Shown here one piece after another: positions 48,550 to 58,603 of a DNA stretch of 64,000 bases; the stretch's first letter is position 1, and every line of letters starts with the position of its first letter. A program made the translations under genes and the position numbers. The notes below the pieces were generated by a model. It saw nothing but the letters and a program-made list of their open reading frames with translations, was not told where the DNA came from and searched no databases. This DNA is from an uncultured delta proteobacterium. Lineage in GTDB: Bacteria; Bdellovibrionota; FAC87; UBA2466. The stretch is from NCBI GenBank assembly GCA_963778115.1, contig CAVZSV010000004.1, forward strand, positions 1,568,001-1,632,000, written 5' to 3'.

Positions 48550-50033
48550 GCCTCTTGTAAGTGAGAAACCTTAACTTCTGGATCGGTCGCCAGATCCGCG
48601 ATAGTACGCCCCACTTTGAGCAGTTTTTGGAGCGCCCGAAAACTCAATCGATTCTGTCGTCGAATATCGACGAACCAATCTTTGGCTTGAATATTTAGCC
48701 TCTCGCATTCCCGCTCAAAATCCAAGACCACGTCTCCATTGAGGATGGTGTCTCCGTACCTTTGCACCTGAATACGGTGGGCTTCGCGAATGGCGATCGT
48801 AAATCCTTGGTGCCGAGGAGTGTTTTTCACATCCGCCGGCTGAGAGGTCATCACGGCTCCCAAATCGAAACGATCTAAGATCGCCCCGGAAATTCTCTTT
48901 CGATAGGCGGCTACCTTTTCCCAAGCGCAACCACACCGTTCCTGGTTGCTTAAGGCAAATCCACAGGGACAAGGGTTCATCGCGGCTATTAACAAGAACC
49001 GCGCCGGGAGCGAGAGCGAATGGCCGACGCGATTAAGATGAATGATCCCCGACTGCATCGGTTCGCGCAAACCTTCGATAGCATCACGACGAAATTCGGG
49101 AAATTCGTCGAGAAAGAGAACTCCCCGATGAGCAAGAGTTACCTCTCCCGGCACGACAATACCGGAGCCCCCTCCTAACAGACCTCCTGCAGAAATCGAG
49201 TGGTGCGGTGCTCGAAACGGTCTCTGTAGGAGGCTTTTTCGTTGCGTTCCTAGCGAACTGTGGTTTTTGGCGACTTCAACGACTTCCCGGTTCCCTAGCG
49301 GTGGTAGTAAAGAGGGGGCACATTGGGCCAGCATGCTTTTTCCTACTCCGGGTGGTCCTATCATCAAAAAATGGTGTCTTCCTGCTAGCGAGATTTCGAG
49401 AGCTCTTTTCGCAATGGGATGGCCAACGACCTGGTCGATGGCAGTTTCCAGCACAGTTTCCTGACCTCCCAGATGATCAAGTCGAGTGGGAAGGTCACTT
49501 TCCAACGATTCTAAAGCCGCTGCTGACTCTAGAAACTCAATGACAGCGGTCAGATGTTCCACTTTACGAAGCTTTGGGCTCTCTAAAAGTGCCACTTCAG
49601 AAGCGTTCTCTTTGGGGACGAGTACAGTCTCAATGTGAGACGCGTCGACTAAAGCTTGCGCAAGTGCCAAGGCACCCTGCACTCCTCGCACCTTGCCATC
49701 GAGTCCCAATTCGCCCAAAAAAGCGGTCCTCTCCAAAACAGCGGTTCTCAACCGACGCTCTGCACATAGAATCCCCATGGCAATTCCCAAATCGAAATGG
49801 CTTCCCTGCTTTCTGGAATCGGCGGGAGATAAATGCACCAAAATTCGAGAACGCGGAACATCGAAACCTAAATTGGATAAACAGACTCTGACTCGATCCC
49901 GACTTTCGCGAATGACATCGCCGGCAAGGCCCGTCATCAGAATCTTAGGAACGGCTCGTTCGGTAGCAACTTCGATGTGAACCACCACTCCATCGACACC
50001 ACTTAAAGTAGCACTGAAAGTTCTAGCGACCAT
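48507..50033 (-). CDS. comM: YifB/ComM Mg-chelatase-like AAA+ ATPase
   Basis: ESRDRVR, GPPGVGKSML, PFRAPHHSIS, LAHRGVLFLDEFPEF, AAMNPCPCG. Confidence 0.93.
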   Translation of the reverse strand: MVARTFSATLSGVDGVVVHIEVATERAVPKILMTGLAGDVIRESRDRVRVCLSNLGFDVPRSRILVHLSPADSRKQGSHFDLGIAMGILCAERRLRTAVLERTAFLGELGLDGKVRGVQGALALAQALVDASHIETVLVPKENASEVALLESPKLRKVEHLTAVIEFLESAAALESLESDLPTRLDHLGGQETVLETAIDQVVGHPIAKRALEISLAGRHHFLMIGPPGVGKSMLAQCAPSLLPPLGNREVVEVAKNHSSLGTQRKSLLQRPFRAPHHSISAGGLLGGGSGIVVPGEVTLAHRGVLFLDEFPEFRRDAIEGLREPMQSGIIHLNRVGHSLSLPARFLLIAAMNPCPCGFALSNQERCGCAWEKVAAYRKRISGAILDRFDLGAVMTSQPADVKNTPRHQGFTIAIREAHRIQVQRYGDTILNGDVVLDFERECERLNIQAKDWFVDIRRQNRLSFRALQKLLKVGRTIADLATDPEVKVSHLQEAWSLRCPTLHTLAM

Positions 50034-50231
50034 ATGGAGTTAAGATGCAAACCACAGACCCAGTCGCTAGCCTTAAGAAACGTACGGCGGACCGGTTTTC
50101 GATCCCTGCAGAGCGTAAGATCGGTCTGCCGAAAGTTAAATACTGAGGATGAAAGCTTTTATAGGGATATCTTTACGAAAAGCTCTGATTTTCGCATAAT
50201 GGGCGCCTCAAAAGCGATGAGGAGCCCTGTG

Positions 50232-51605
50232 ATGAAGTCATTGGTGTTAAGAGTAGTTCTGATGGTGGTTGCCGCAGGCTGTTCCACCACTCCCCAAATT
50301 TGCGAACCCCGAGGAGCTAGAGAGGCTGGCATCTCTCAAGCAATGAGGGGCGAAGACTACAACGCTTCCGCGGGGGGCGTTTGCACCCAGGAACACCATT
50401 CGGTGTTTCAAACCAATTTCCAAGCGGGCTATCAAGAAGGAAAGGGGCGCTACTGCGATCCCTCTTCCTTAGAACGCACGGGCCTGGCTCACGGCCAGCA
50501 AGGACATACGAACGAGTTTACTTCGTTCTCCTACCGTATCTGCGAAAACGGAGCCGATCTGAAGGTCGCTTACCAAAAAGGGTATCAGGCCGGTTTAAGA
50601 AGCTATTGTTCCGACGATCAAGCGACCTCCGCCGGACACTCTTATGGAGAAAAAGGATTAGCTCCCCAGTTTAATCCCGACACCTATTCGGTATGCGGTT
50701 CCAGTCGCATCGGAAAATTAAAGACCGCTTATGCTAAAGGACACCGCACGGGATTAGGGGAATTTTGCCAAGGAGTTGGGGTCGACACTCAGGCTTTTCA
50801 AGAAGGTTCCCAAGGCGTGGAACGAACTGATACCGACACTAAGTTCAAACTCTGTAGCAGCGCCAAGCGCAAAGAGTTCGCACGTCTTTCCAAATTCAAT
50901 TATCAAAAGGGGCTCGGAGAGTTTTGCAGTCCAACGCAGATAGAGACCACCGCACGCAACCAGGCCCATTCGGTAGCCACACCCACTCTTCCGGCACCCT
51001 ATGAACGCTGCGTTACTCTTTTTCCCAACACCAACACCCTTTACGCAACTTCGTTTAACGACGAGCGAAAGAAATTTATCGAAGCCTCGTGCACTTTTCA
51101 AAAAGGATCGGCACAAGGTCAAGCGGATGCTCAAACCACTAACAACAAGAACACTGCGATGCCGGTTTTCTGCGATTCGACACTTTTCTCGGTCTATCTC
51201 AATGGATATCTTGATGGATGGAAGCAAGCAAAAGACCAAATTTGCCATACGGCCGACGCCTATAATCTGGGAGTTCAACAAGGAACGGCAGCCGCTCCCC
51301 AAGCGTATTCGCCTCCGCCCAACTGTCCATCGGATTACCAAGCCAACCTTCAGCAAAAATTTATCGAGGGATACCATTATGGAATGTTGCAGCGACAGAG
51401 CACAGCCTCCTTTCAATATGGGCAACAAGGCTGTCGATGGAACACTGATTGTTCGCCCAATCAGCTCTGCCGCGATCGCGGAGACGGAGCCCTGTTTTGT
51501 ATGGGAAGCGGCGGAGCGGGGCAGTACTGCCAATCCTCGTTGGACTGTGGCCCGGGATTGTTTTGTAGAAATCAAGGGGGAACTAACCTGCGTATGTGTT
51601 ATTAG
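50232..51605 (+). CDS. Lipoprotein with seven Cys-paired DUF2799-like repeats and a Cys-rich C-terminal domain
   Basis: Lipobox AAGC after ATG 50232 (AGGAG SD); recurring C-x8-G-x3-G..C..Y-x2-GY-x2-G pattern. Confidence 0.8.
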   Translation: MKSLVLRVVLMVVAAGCSTTPQICEPRGAREAGISQAMRGEDYNASAGGVCTQEHHSVFQTNFQAGYQEGKGRYCDPSSLERTGLAHGQQGHTNEFTSFSYRICENGADLKVAYQKGYQAGLRSYCSDDQATSAGHSYGEKGLAPQFNPDTYSVCGSSRIGKLKTAYAKGHRTGLGEFCQGVGVDTQAFQEGSQGVERTDTDTKFKLCSSAKRKEFARLSKFNYQKGLGEFCSPTQIETTARNQAHSVATPTLPAPYERCVTLFPNTNTLYATSFNDERKKFIEASCTFQKGSAQGQADAQTTNNKNTAMPVFCDSTLFSVYLNGYLDGWKQAKDQICHTADAYNLGVQQGTAAAPQAYSPPPNCPSDYQANLQQKFIEGYHYGMLQRQSTASFQYGQQGCRWNTDCSPNQLCRDRGDGALFCMGSGGAGQYCQSSLDCGPGLFCRNQGGTNLRMCY

Positions 51606-51624
51606 CGCATAGAAGGAGAAACTT

Positions 51625-52236
51625 ATGGACGGAAAAAAACAACTTCGAATCGCCGCATTATCGCTACTACTGCTCACTTGCGCACGAACTCGCGCCGACG
51701 GATTAAAAATTGCTGCTGTCGGAACTCTCAACTTTTCAAGCCCGCGTATTAATGCAGGCTCGGGCTCTCTCTCGACATCGTCCTCGTTGGGACTGGGATT
51801 TGGAGGCCTTGCGGATTTCCCCTTAGTTCCTTCCTGGAGACTGGAGAGCGGAATCCTCTACATCACGGATGCTTTTTCACAATCCACCACTTCCTACAAC
51901 ATGAACCACTTTCAAATTCCGGTGGTGGTTCGCTATACGCTCTTTCCTTTTCTTTCCGTGGGAGCCGGAGGATATTACTCGTTTGCGGTAAACGGAATCG
52001 CCGTGGGCAACGCAAGCACTACCAATAACGTAAGTTACGATTCTCTGAATTTAAGCAGCTCCGATTATGGTGCCGTCTTCAGCGCGGCCTTAGATCTCAC
52101 CGTCGGACCCTCTACGACTTTGTTAGTGGACATGCGGTACGTGTGGGGATTTAAGAACCTAAGTAACGTCAACGGACAGACGTTCCGTCTCGGAGGCTTC
52201 TTGTTTCTGGCGGGTCTAAAGTTTGGGCTGCTGTAG
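51625..52236 (+). CDS. Outer-membrane beta-barrel (about 8 strands, porin-family-like)
   Basis: Signal peptide, FQIPVVVRY, SVGAGGYYS, VDMRYVWG, LAGLKFGL. Confidence 0.8.
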   Translation: MDGKKQLRIAALSLLLLTCARTRADGLKIAAVGTLNFSSPRINAGSGSLSTSSSLGLGFGGLADFPLVPSWRLESGILYITDAFSQSTTSYNMNHFQIPVVVRYTLFPFLSVGAGGYYSFAVNGIAVGNASTTNNVSYDSLNLSSSDYGAVFSAALDLTVGPSTTLLVDMRYVWGFKNLSNVNGQTFRLGGFLFLAGLKFGLL

Positions 52237-52288
52237 AATCGGTGTCGTTGCGAAAAGCCCGAAAGCTGACGCGGCACTCAGTCGATCA

Positions 52289-53062
52289 TCAAATAAAAAC
52301 CGTCCGCCGCTTTTTCAACCGAGCATGAAGCTGTCGTTGTAAATCCAATCTAATCTCCTTGCTGAGCTTTGTGACATATTCCATGTCGTTGGCCTTCTCA
52401 GGATCTTTTTTCAGACGAATTGGCTTCAAAAAACAGATCCTCCATTTGGCGGGCAGCGGAATTACGTTGAGGGGAACCGGAATGATGATGCCTATGATCT
52501 GCTTGGCCCATCGGATTTGCGATAACGTAATGTGGGTCTCTTCGGCTCCGATAACGAAAGAAGGAATAATGGGGGCTCCTGTGGCTAGAGCAAGCCTTAC
52601 AAACCCGCGGCGAAAACGCCGGAGTCTGTAACGGTGCGAGCTTGGTTTGAAGTTTCCTTCCTCGCCTTCTGGAAAAAGCAGAAGCGGCTCTCCTTTTTCT
52701 AATACCTCCAAGCCGTTCTGATAAGTGGCGGGAACTAGCCCCAACTTTTCCACCCGGACCGAAATCTCAGGCCTCAAAAACCAAAGTTTATGAGCAATAA
52801 TGTGGGGGATACGCTTGGTGGCCCCATAGACCTGATGACCCAGCATAAGGGCATCAAAACCCATGTAACCACTATGATTTGAAATGATGATGCAAGGACC
52901 CCTCTTTGGAATATTGGAGATTCCCACCGATCGCACCCGAAGATACTTGGTGATGATATCCAGAAAAAACGCGGGCAACACGTGATAGGCCAACTCTTCC
53001 CTCGACTGTTTCGTCGCTTTTAAAGCTCGGTTTACCGCCCTACCAAATAGTGTCCTTGCCAT
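52289..53062 (-). CDS. Lysophospholipid acyltransferase family protein
   Basis: NHSGYMGFD, LFPEGEEG, GFVRLAL..APIIP. Confidence 0.9.
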   Translation of the reverse strand: MARTLFGRAVNRALKATKQSREELAYHVLPAFFLDIITKYLRVRSVGISNIPKRGPCIIISNHSGYMGFDALMLGHQVYGATKRIPHIIAHKLWFLRPEISVRVEKLGLVPATYQNGLEVLEKGEPLLLFPEGEEGNFKPSSHRYRLRRFRRGFVRLALATGAPIIPSFVIGAEETHITLSQIRWAKQIIGIIIPVPLNVIPLPAKWRICFLKPIRLKKDPEKANDMEYVTKLSKEIRLDLQRQLHARLKKRRTVFI

Positions 53063-53206
53063 GCCGTCTTACCAAACGGGAATATCCCGCTCCTCCATCC
53101 TCTACCTAATACCGTCCAACGGGTTAGCATAGTTTTCACAGGCGGAAAAGGGGTTCTAAAAATGCTCCTTTGAGGGTACGCTGGACGACAAGGAGTCAAA
53201 CCACGC

Positions 53207-54286
53207 ATGAAACGCATCTTCAATTTTAACGCAGGCCCTGCCACTTTACCCCAAACCGTTCTCGAAGAAGCTAGCCGAGGAGTCTTGGAAATAGGAAACT
53301 CGGGAATGTCGATTCTAGAGGTTAGCCACCGCGCTCAGCCCTACGAATCCATTCACGCGGAAACCAAAGCGCGGCTCTTGCGCATCTTGGGATTAGATGC
53401 TCAAAAATTTACTCCGCTTTTTTTGGGAAGCGGAGCGAGCCTTCAGTTCTTGATGCTGCCTATGAATTACCTCTCCAAAGGCGAGACCGCCGACTACATT
53501 CACACCGGAGAATGGAGTGCCAAAGCCATTAAAGAAGCTAAGCCTCTGGGAACCGTGAATGTGGCGGCCAGTTCCGAAAGTGAAAAATTTAGCTCCATTC
53601 CAAAGGAATTTAAGTTTTCCCCGAATGCTCGATACTTGCACCTCACGACCAATAACACTATTGAGGGAACTCAGTTTGGAAAGATTCCAGAAAACGGAAC
53701 CGTTCCCTTAGTCGGCGATTTTTCATCAGAATTTTTGTCACGCTCACTCGATTACTCCAAATTCTCACTCATGTACGCCGGGGCCCAAAAGAACTTAGGC
53801 CCATCGGGAGTCACTGTCGTTATCGTTCGAAACGATTTTCTGGCCAGCGCCAAAGAAGAAGTTCCCGTCATGCTCTCCTACAAGCAGCAGGCCAAAGCCG
53901 ACTCGCTTTACAATACTCCTCCGGTATTTCCCATCTACGTTGTGGGGCTAGTGCTCAAATGGATCGAAAGCGAAGGGGGAATAACCAAAATTGAAGCCCG
54001 TAATCGGCGAAAGGCCGACATGATCTATGGAGCCCTGGAGGAATTCCCCGATACCTATGATATCGTAGTGAAGAAGAAAGAAGATCGTTCAGCAATGAAC
54101 ATCACTTTTAGAATAAAACCAGAAACGCGGGACAAAGAATTTTTGAGCGGTGCGGCACAAAAAGGCATGGATGGACTAAAGGGACATCGTGCAGTCGGAG
54201 GGCTAAGAGCCAGCGTATATAACGCCTTTCCGGAAGAAGGAGCTGCAGCCCTAGCTCAATACCTGCGAGACTTCGCGAGGAAATGA
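53207..54286 (+). CDS. serC: Phosphoserine aminotransferase
   Basis: FNFNAGPA, EVSHR, NNTIEG, AGAQKNLGPSG, YNTPP, GHRAVGGLRAS. Confidence 0.97.
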   Translation: MKRIFNFNAGPATLPQTVLEEASRGVLEIGNSGMSILEVSHRAQPYESIHAETKARLLRILGLDAQKFTPLFLGSGASLQFLMLPMNYLSKGETADYIHTGEWSAKAIKEAKPLGTVNVAASSESEKFSSIPKEFKFSPNARYLHLTTNNTIEGTQFGKIPENGTVPLVGDFSSEFLSRSLDYSKFSLMYAGAQKNLGPSGVTVVIVRNDFLASAKEEVPVMLSYKQQAKADSLYNTPPVFPIYVVGLVLKWIESEGGITKIEARNRRKADMIYGALEEFPDTYDIVVKKKEDRSAMNITFRIKPETRDKEFLSGAAQKGMDGLKGHRAVGGLRASVYNAFPEEGAAALAQYLRDFARK

Positions 54287-54290
54287 CTCT

Positions 54291-54641
54291 ATGGCCGCAC
54301 GCTTCATCTACGAGACGCAGTGCCTTAAGATCCGGATCAAAGCAGGTTCCACCCAAAAGGTTGTCGAATGGTTCAAGACGGTAAACGAACGTTTAGATGA
54401 GGCTTACGAAGCAATTCGAAAAGAAGGGATTGTGATCCAATCGATCTTTTTGGATCAAACCAAAGAGGGCGACTACCTTATCTTCTACATGAAGGCCGAA
54501 AACCTCCTTCGCGCCAACGCCATCATTCGAAACTCAGCCCGCGCCATTGATAAAGAAGCCCTAACCATGATGGACGGCTACTCCGAGGAAGAAAAAAGTT
54601 TGGAAAACCTTTTGGATCTGGATCGGATTGAAGAGGTTTAG
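54291..54641 (+). CDS. Small protein, DUF6176-like
   Basis: 116-aa ORF 4 nt after serC; EG..IQSIFL..GDYLIFYM..ID pattern (family call from memory). Confidence 0.6.
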   Translation: MAARFIYETQCLKIRIKAGSTQKVVEWFKTVNERLDEAYEAIRKEGIVIQSIFLDQTKEGDYLIFYMKAENLLRANAIIRNSARAIDKEALTMMDGYSEEEKSLENLLDLDRIEEV

Positions 54642-54901
54642 GGGTTGGGCCCGGAGAGGCTCCTTCTTACGACTCCCTAGCCCTAGGGACCATAAGCCCC
54701 CAAACCCGGGAATGGTTTTCCCTTTCTGGCTCCTGTTATTTCCTCTAGCATGCTCCTCTTGAAGGAAAGAATCTTTTCCAACTACAGGCAAGGGAATTAC
54801 GTCGATAAAAAGCCATTTTATCGAGGACAAAAAGTCAGCGATTTCGCGTTTCTGGAACGAGAAGTGCTTCCCCTCTTACCCACCTGGTTGGAAGGGGGGT
54901 G

Positions 54902-54939
54902 GGTGGACAGATGACGCCCCGAAGGGGCCCACCTTTTTT
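54902..54939. terminator. GC hairpin with T6 tract between convergent units
   Basis: GCCCC-GAA-GGGGC then CCACCTTTTTT; reads as a C-UUCG-G loop on the minus strand. Confidence 0.55.
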
Positions 54940-54943
54940 GGCG

Positions 54944-56044
54944 TTACGCGTTCGCTGCCACTGACACTCGAATGATGTTTTGTCGCCGTAACTTAATAAG
55001 AGATTCGTAAAGGGAAACATCAGGAAGATTATTAAAATCTAAAACGTCGGCCACCCTGTGAAACTCGACGATGCTGGCTAGAGTCGAGAACTCCACGAAG
55101 TCTAGCATCGTGCCCGTATGAAGCGCGCTGGGCTGAAGTTCCAAGCGCAAATCCGGAGGAGGAAGCTCCCGTCGAACCGCTTCGTAACGTTTCTTAAGCG
55201 CCTCTCCTTCGCTGCAGACATGCGAAAGACTGACGTTGAGCTGGTCCTCGGTAGTGGACTCGGAGGTCTCTCTTCGAGTAAATAAAAATCTAGGGTCATC
55301 CCACAAGAACATTCGATACAACGCTTTTAGCGCATGAACGTCGCCGGTCTTGGCAGCCATGGCTTTACCCTGCAAGAATTCTACTTTCCCCTCTTCCCCC
55401 CGAATACTGCCTTTAATCCATAAGACACCAGTTCTTTCGAGAGATTCAATGGTCAAAAGCGCATCGGCCAGCGATTGAGTCTTGTGAAAAGGTAATTTAC
55501 CATCGGAAGTTACGATCGTTTCGATGGTGGCTCCGCTAAACTCGTTGATGAGTCCCAGCCGCTCCATCTTGGCGATTCCCGTCTTAATCTCGCTCAATAC
55601 GGCTTTGGGAATTTCCGTCTCGGCTTGAATCAATACTCCTTTGATACCTCGCGCGGTCCGCTCAAACTCGGTATCTGTTTCCATATTCGCTGCGAGTCTT
55701 CCGAAAAATTCGGAGATCCGTTTGTCATCCGGGCGAAGATTTTCAAATATGTGGTAAGCGCGATTTTCCAACGCGAAAGTGGCGTCGTCTTTAGTGAAAT
55801 TTCTTCCAAACCAGAACCAATAGATCCGTCTGGATAAGGTGCGAAGTTTGGCCACGTACTGGCGACTTTCCGGAAGGTTTTCTAGAAAAATGATTTGGGG
55901 TTGAGGAGAAGGCTGCGATTCTATAAATTTCTGTAAATTGGGTTCATGAGAAATTTCCATTCCGGTGGCTTTAAGGCCCGCCAGGAATTGTCTCCCCCAA
56001 AGTGTTAGATCTCCCAAAACAATAATACGAGTAACAGCTTTCAT
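54944..56044 (-). CDS. DUF4388 (PatA_N-like) domain protein
   Basis: LADALLTIESLERTGVLWI..GKVEFLQG..ALYRMFLW..F pattern. Confidence 0.75.
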   Translation of the reverse strand: MKAVTRIIVLGDLTLWGRQFLAGLKATGMEISHEPNLQKFIESQPSPQPQIIFLENLPESRQYVAKLRTLSRRIYWFWFGRNFTKDDATFALENRAYHIFENLRPDDKRISEFFGRLAANMETDTEFERTARGIKGVLIQAETEIPKAVLSEIKTGIAKMERLGLINEFSGATIETIVTSDGKLPFHKTQSLADALLTIESLERTGVLWIKGSIRGEEGKVEFLQGKAMAAKTGDVHALKALYRMFLWDDPRFLFTRRETSESTTEDQLNVSLSHVCSEGEALKKRYEAVRRELPPPDLRLELQPSALHTGTMLDFVEFSTLASIVEFHRVADVLDFNNLPDVSLYESLIKLRRQNIIRVSVAANA

Positions 56045-56175
56045 AACATCCTCTTGGGATTTAAGTCGGTGGTTTCGTTTCCGGAGCAGTTGAGATTTGG
56101 TGCGTAAGAGAAAGCGCGGAGCTATAGGATACCCTTTTATTGTAACACTTTCTCGTCGTCATAGCGAGATAGGGG

Positions 56176-57234
56176 CTAAGACGAGTAGCGTCGCTCAAAC
56201 AGCTCTCGAAGAGGAGAAGATTGACGCACTAGCTCAATCGAAAATTTGGCGTGATTGGGCGCGTATCCATTTCCGAATAAGAGGCTCGCCTGGGATGCCA
56301 GCCCTTCCGCTCCAAGCGTTACTTTAGAAAATGAAGTTGCCATGCTAAAAAATAGAATTTTACCGCGCTTAGTCGAAGATACCAGAGCACTGTTTTCGGT
56401 ATTGGGCACCGAAGCGACATTGATAACCAGGTCCGCCATCTTCCCCTTGGTAGCTTTGCGAACCCCTTCGCGAACGGCGATAGGATCTGTCGCATCCACT
56501 TCGAGCACATCGTCGCAGACTTTAAGCGCTCTTAGCTCGGCGGCAGCTCTGGCAAAGGGTTCGATTCCGATAATTTTGCCACTTCGACCCATTTTCTTTC
56601 GGGCCGCGACACAAGAAAGGATACCGGCCTTTCCGCCCGCCCCTATGATAAGAACCCGACTTTTGGGTCTCGCCAGATCAAAAGCCGTTTTAGGAGCTCC
56701 CGCGACATCAAAGACGGCCATGGCAACTCGCTCGTCAATATCTGTGGGAATTCTAGCTGCAATCGAACTCTCAAACAAAATGGCATGGCCAGTGACATCG
56801 ATCTGATGATTTTTTAGATGAACCTCTCGGATGGAGTCCAAATGAAGCGGCGTTAACGTCAAAGAAACGAGCGAAGCCACGAGATCACCCACCCGACACT
56901 TTAGCGGGCCCTCATAATCGCTCCCCATCTGGGCCACTCTCCCCACCAACATGCCTCCGGAGCCAGTCACTCTATTTTGCTGCTTTCCTCGCGCGCGTGT
57001 ATTTTCAAGAACGAGGTTTCCGATGGCTTGGGCATTTTTCCCTGTCTCCTGTTCCATTTGCACGAAACTAGCGGCATCGATGTTTAGCCGCTCGACACTC
57101 ACTAGGATCTCGTTTGAAAAGATAGGTAGGCGATTGTCTAACTTATCGGCGGCTTGCGGCAGGCAAACTTTGGCGTCAAGTACCCGATGCAGACCGAAAG
57201 CATCTGCAGTTTCCTTACGCTCCTTTTCGGCCAT
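56176..57234 (-). CDS. kdd: L-erythro-3,5-diaminohexanoate dehydrogenase
   Basis: GLHRVL..LPQAA, LNIDAASF, RGKQQNRVTGSGGML, SLVSLTLTPL, DVAGAP, FFSMATSF, GNGY. Confidence 0.92.
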   Translation of the reverse strand: MAEKERKETADAFGLHRVLDAKVCLPQAADKLDNRLPIFSNEILVSVERLNIDAASFVQMEQETGKNAQAIGNLVLENTRARGKQQNRVTGSGGMLVGRVAQMGSDYEGPLKCRVGDLVASLVSLTLTPLHLDSIREVHLKNHQIDVTGHAILFESSIAARIPTDIDERVAMAVFDVAGAPKTAFDLARPKSRVLIIGAGGKAGILSCVAARKKMGRSGKIIGIEPFARAAAELRALKVCDDVLEVDATDPIAVREGVRKATKGKMADLVINVASVPNTENSALVSSTKRGKILFFSMATSFSKVTLGAEGLASQASLLFGNGYAPNHAKFSIELVRQSSPLRELFERRYSS

Positions 57235-58309
57235 ACAGACGTTCCTCCGCGAGCTTATCGGTGACTAGGAAGGGCGCTTTTCCTGCACTCTTTGCTCGGG
57301 AATAGATCTCTTTCATGGTCAGATAGATTCCATCCGCTTTGGCCAGAGCCTTTTTCTGATCGTATCCTTCATACTCGACAAAAATGTTGATGATGCCGCC
57401 TGAGTTGACCGCATAGTCAGGGGCGTAAAGAATACCGCGCTCGTGAAGGCGCAATCCGTCCTGGGGGGTTGCCAACTGATTATTCGCGCAACCCACGACG
57501 GCCTTTGCCTTTAGTCTGAGGATAGTCTTTTCGTTAAGAGTCGCTCCTCTGGCGCAAGGAGAAAAGACGTCGCAATTCACGTCATAGATGACGTCATTAG
57601 CAACTACGTGAGCGCCTAATTCTTTGGCTGCTCTACTTTCCGTCTTGGGATCGATATCGGTCACCCATATCTCCCCACCCTGCTCGACTACCATTTTTGC
57701 CAGTGCGAAACCTACGTGACCTATTCCTTGAATAGCGACTTTCAAACCGCGCAGTGACTTTTGACCAAAAACCTCTTCGACCGTCGCTTCTAGTCCACGC
57801 AAAATTCCACGCGCTGTGACAGGCGACGGATCCCCACTAGAGCCCGCCTCTCCGTCAATACCAAGCACATGAGGTGAGCGCTTTTTTACTAACAGAAGAT
57901 CTTCACTGGTAATGTTCATGTCTTTGGCGGCAATATAACGGCCGTTGAAAATCTCTAAAAATTCACCGAAAGCCGCAAAGAGCTCAGGAGACTTTTTCGC
58001 CGGATCTCCGATAATAACGCTCTTGCCGCCGCCGAAACCAATTCCTGCCAACGCCGATTTATAGGACATGCCTCGGGAAAGGGCCAACACGTCCTGCAAC
58101 GCTTCTTCTTTGGAAGCATACGGCAACATGCGAATGCCTCCGCAGGAAGGGCCTAAATTCGTGTTATGGATACTGACGATGGCTTTAAGCCCCGCGCTTA
58201 GATCCTCCACGAACGCCACACGCTCATAGCCCGGTACATCGAGCTCGACATGTGATTTGGAAGATTTTGGAGATGCTGAAAAGCCAGGAAATTTGTTGGT
58301 CATAAGCAT
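57215..58309 (-). CDS. Glu/Leu/Phe/Val dehydrogenase (leucine dehydrogenase-like)
   Basis: LGPSCGGIR, GMSYK, GGGKSVI, GDPSPVTA, QGIGHVG, GCANNQL, YAPDY. Confidence 0.93.
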   Translation of the reverse strand: MLMTNKFPGFSASPKSSKSHVELDVPGYERVAFVEDLSAGLKAIVSIHNTNLGPSCGGIRMLPYASKEEALQDVLALSRGMSYKSALAGIGFGGGKSVIIGDPAKKSPELFAAFGEFLEIFNGRYIAAKDMNITSEDLLLVKKRSPHVLGIDGEAGSSGDPSPVTARGILRGLEATVEEVFGQKSLRGLKVAIQGIGHVGFALAKMVVEQGGEIWVTDIDPKTESRAAKELGAHVVANDVIYDVNCDVFSPCARGATLNEKTILRLKAKAVVGCANNQLATPQDGLRLHERGILYAPDYAVNSGGIINIFVEYEGYDQKKALAKADGIYLTMKEIYSRAKSAGKAPFLVTDKLAEERLYGRKGA

Positions 58310-58603
58310 AATCCCTATTCCTCACTTACCGGACACCCGAGTGTCCTGACGGCGAAGTACCCCTTAATAGACGGGGCATATACTACCCAAAGACTTTTGG
58401 TTCCACCAGCCCTTAGCACGCTTGCCAAAATTAAAAAATTCCGATGCTGACCGGATGCCGACTAGATGCTGAGATCATGCATTAACTCAAGCGAAACCGG
58501 TACTTTGAAGCAGTGCGATGGGGAATTAATTCTTTGACGGTTGTATCAGCCGGAAGTAATACTTTTTTTTGGCACTGGGAACAATGGGTCGGGGATACAT
58601 CGA

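Noticed and set aside
50754..51731. 325-aa antisense ORF (and the 203-aa alternate-frame ORF at 51001)
   Set aside because: Shadow frames of the repeat lipoprotein; no motifs.
58310..58600. Riboswitch in the leader of the leucine-type dehydrogenase
   Set aside because: Only two small hairpins (GGACAC/GTGTCC and CCCC/GGGG); no match to an aptamer I recognise.
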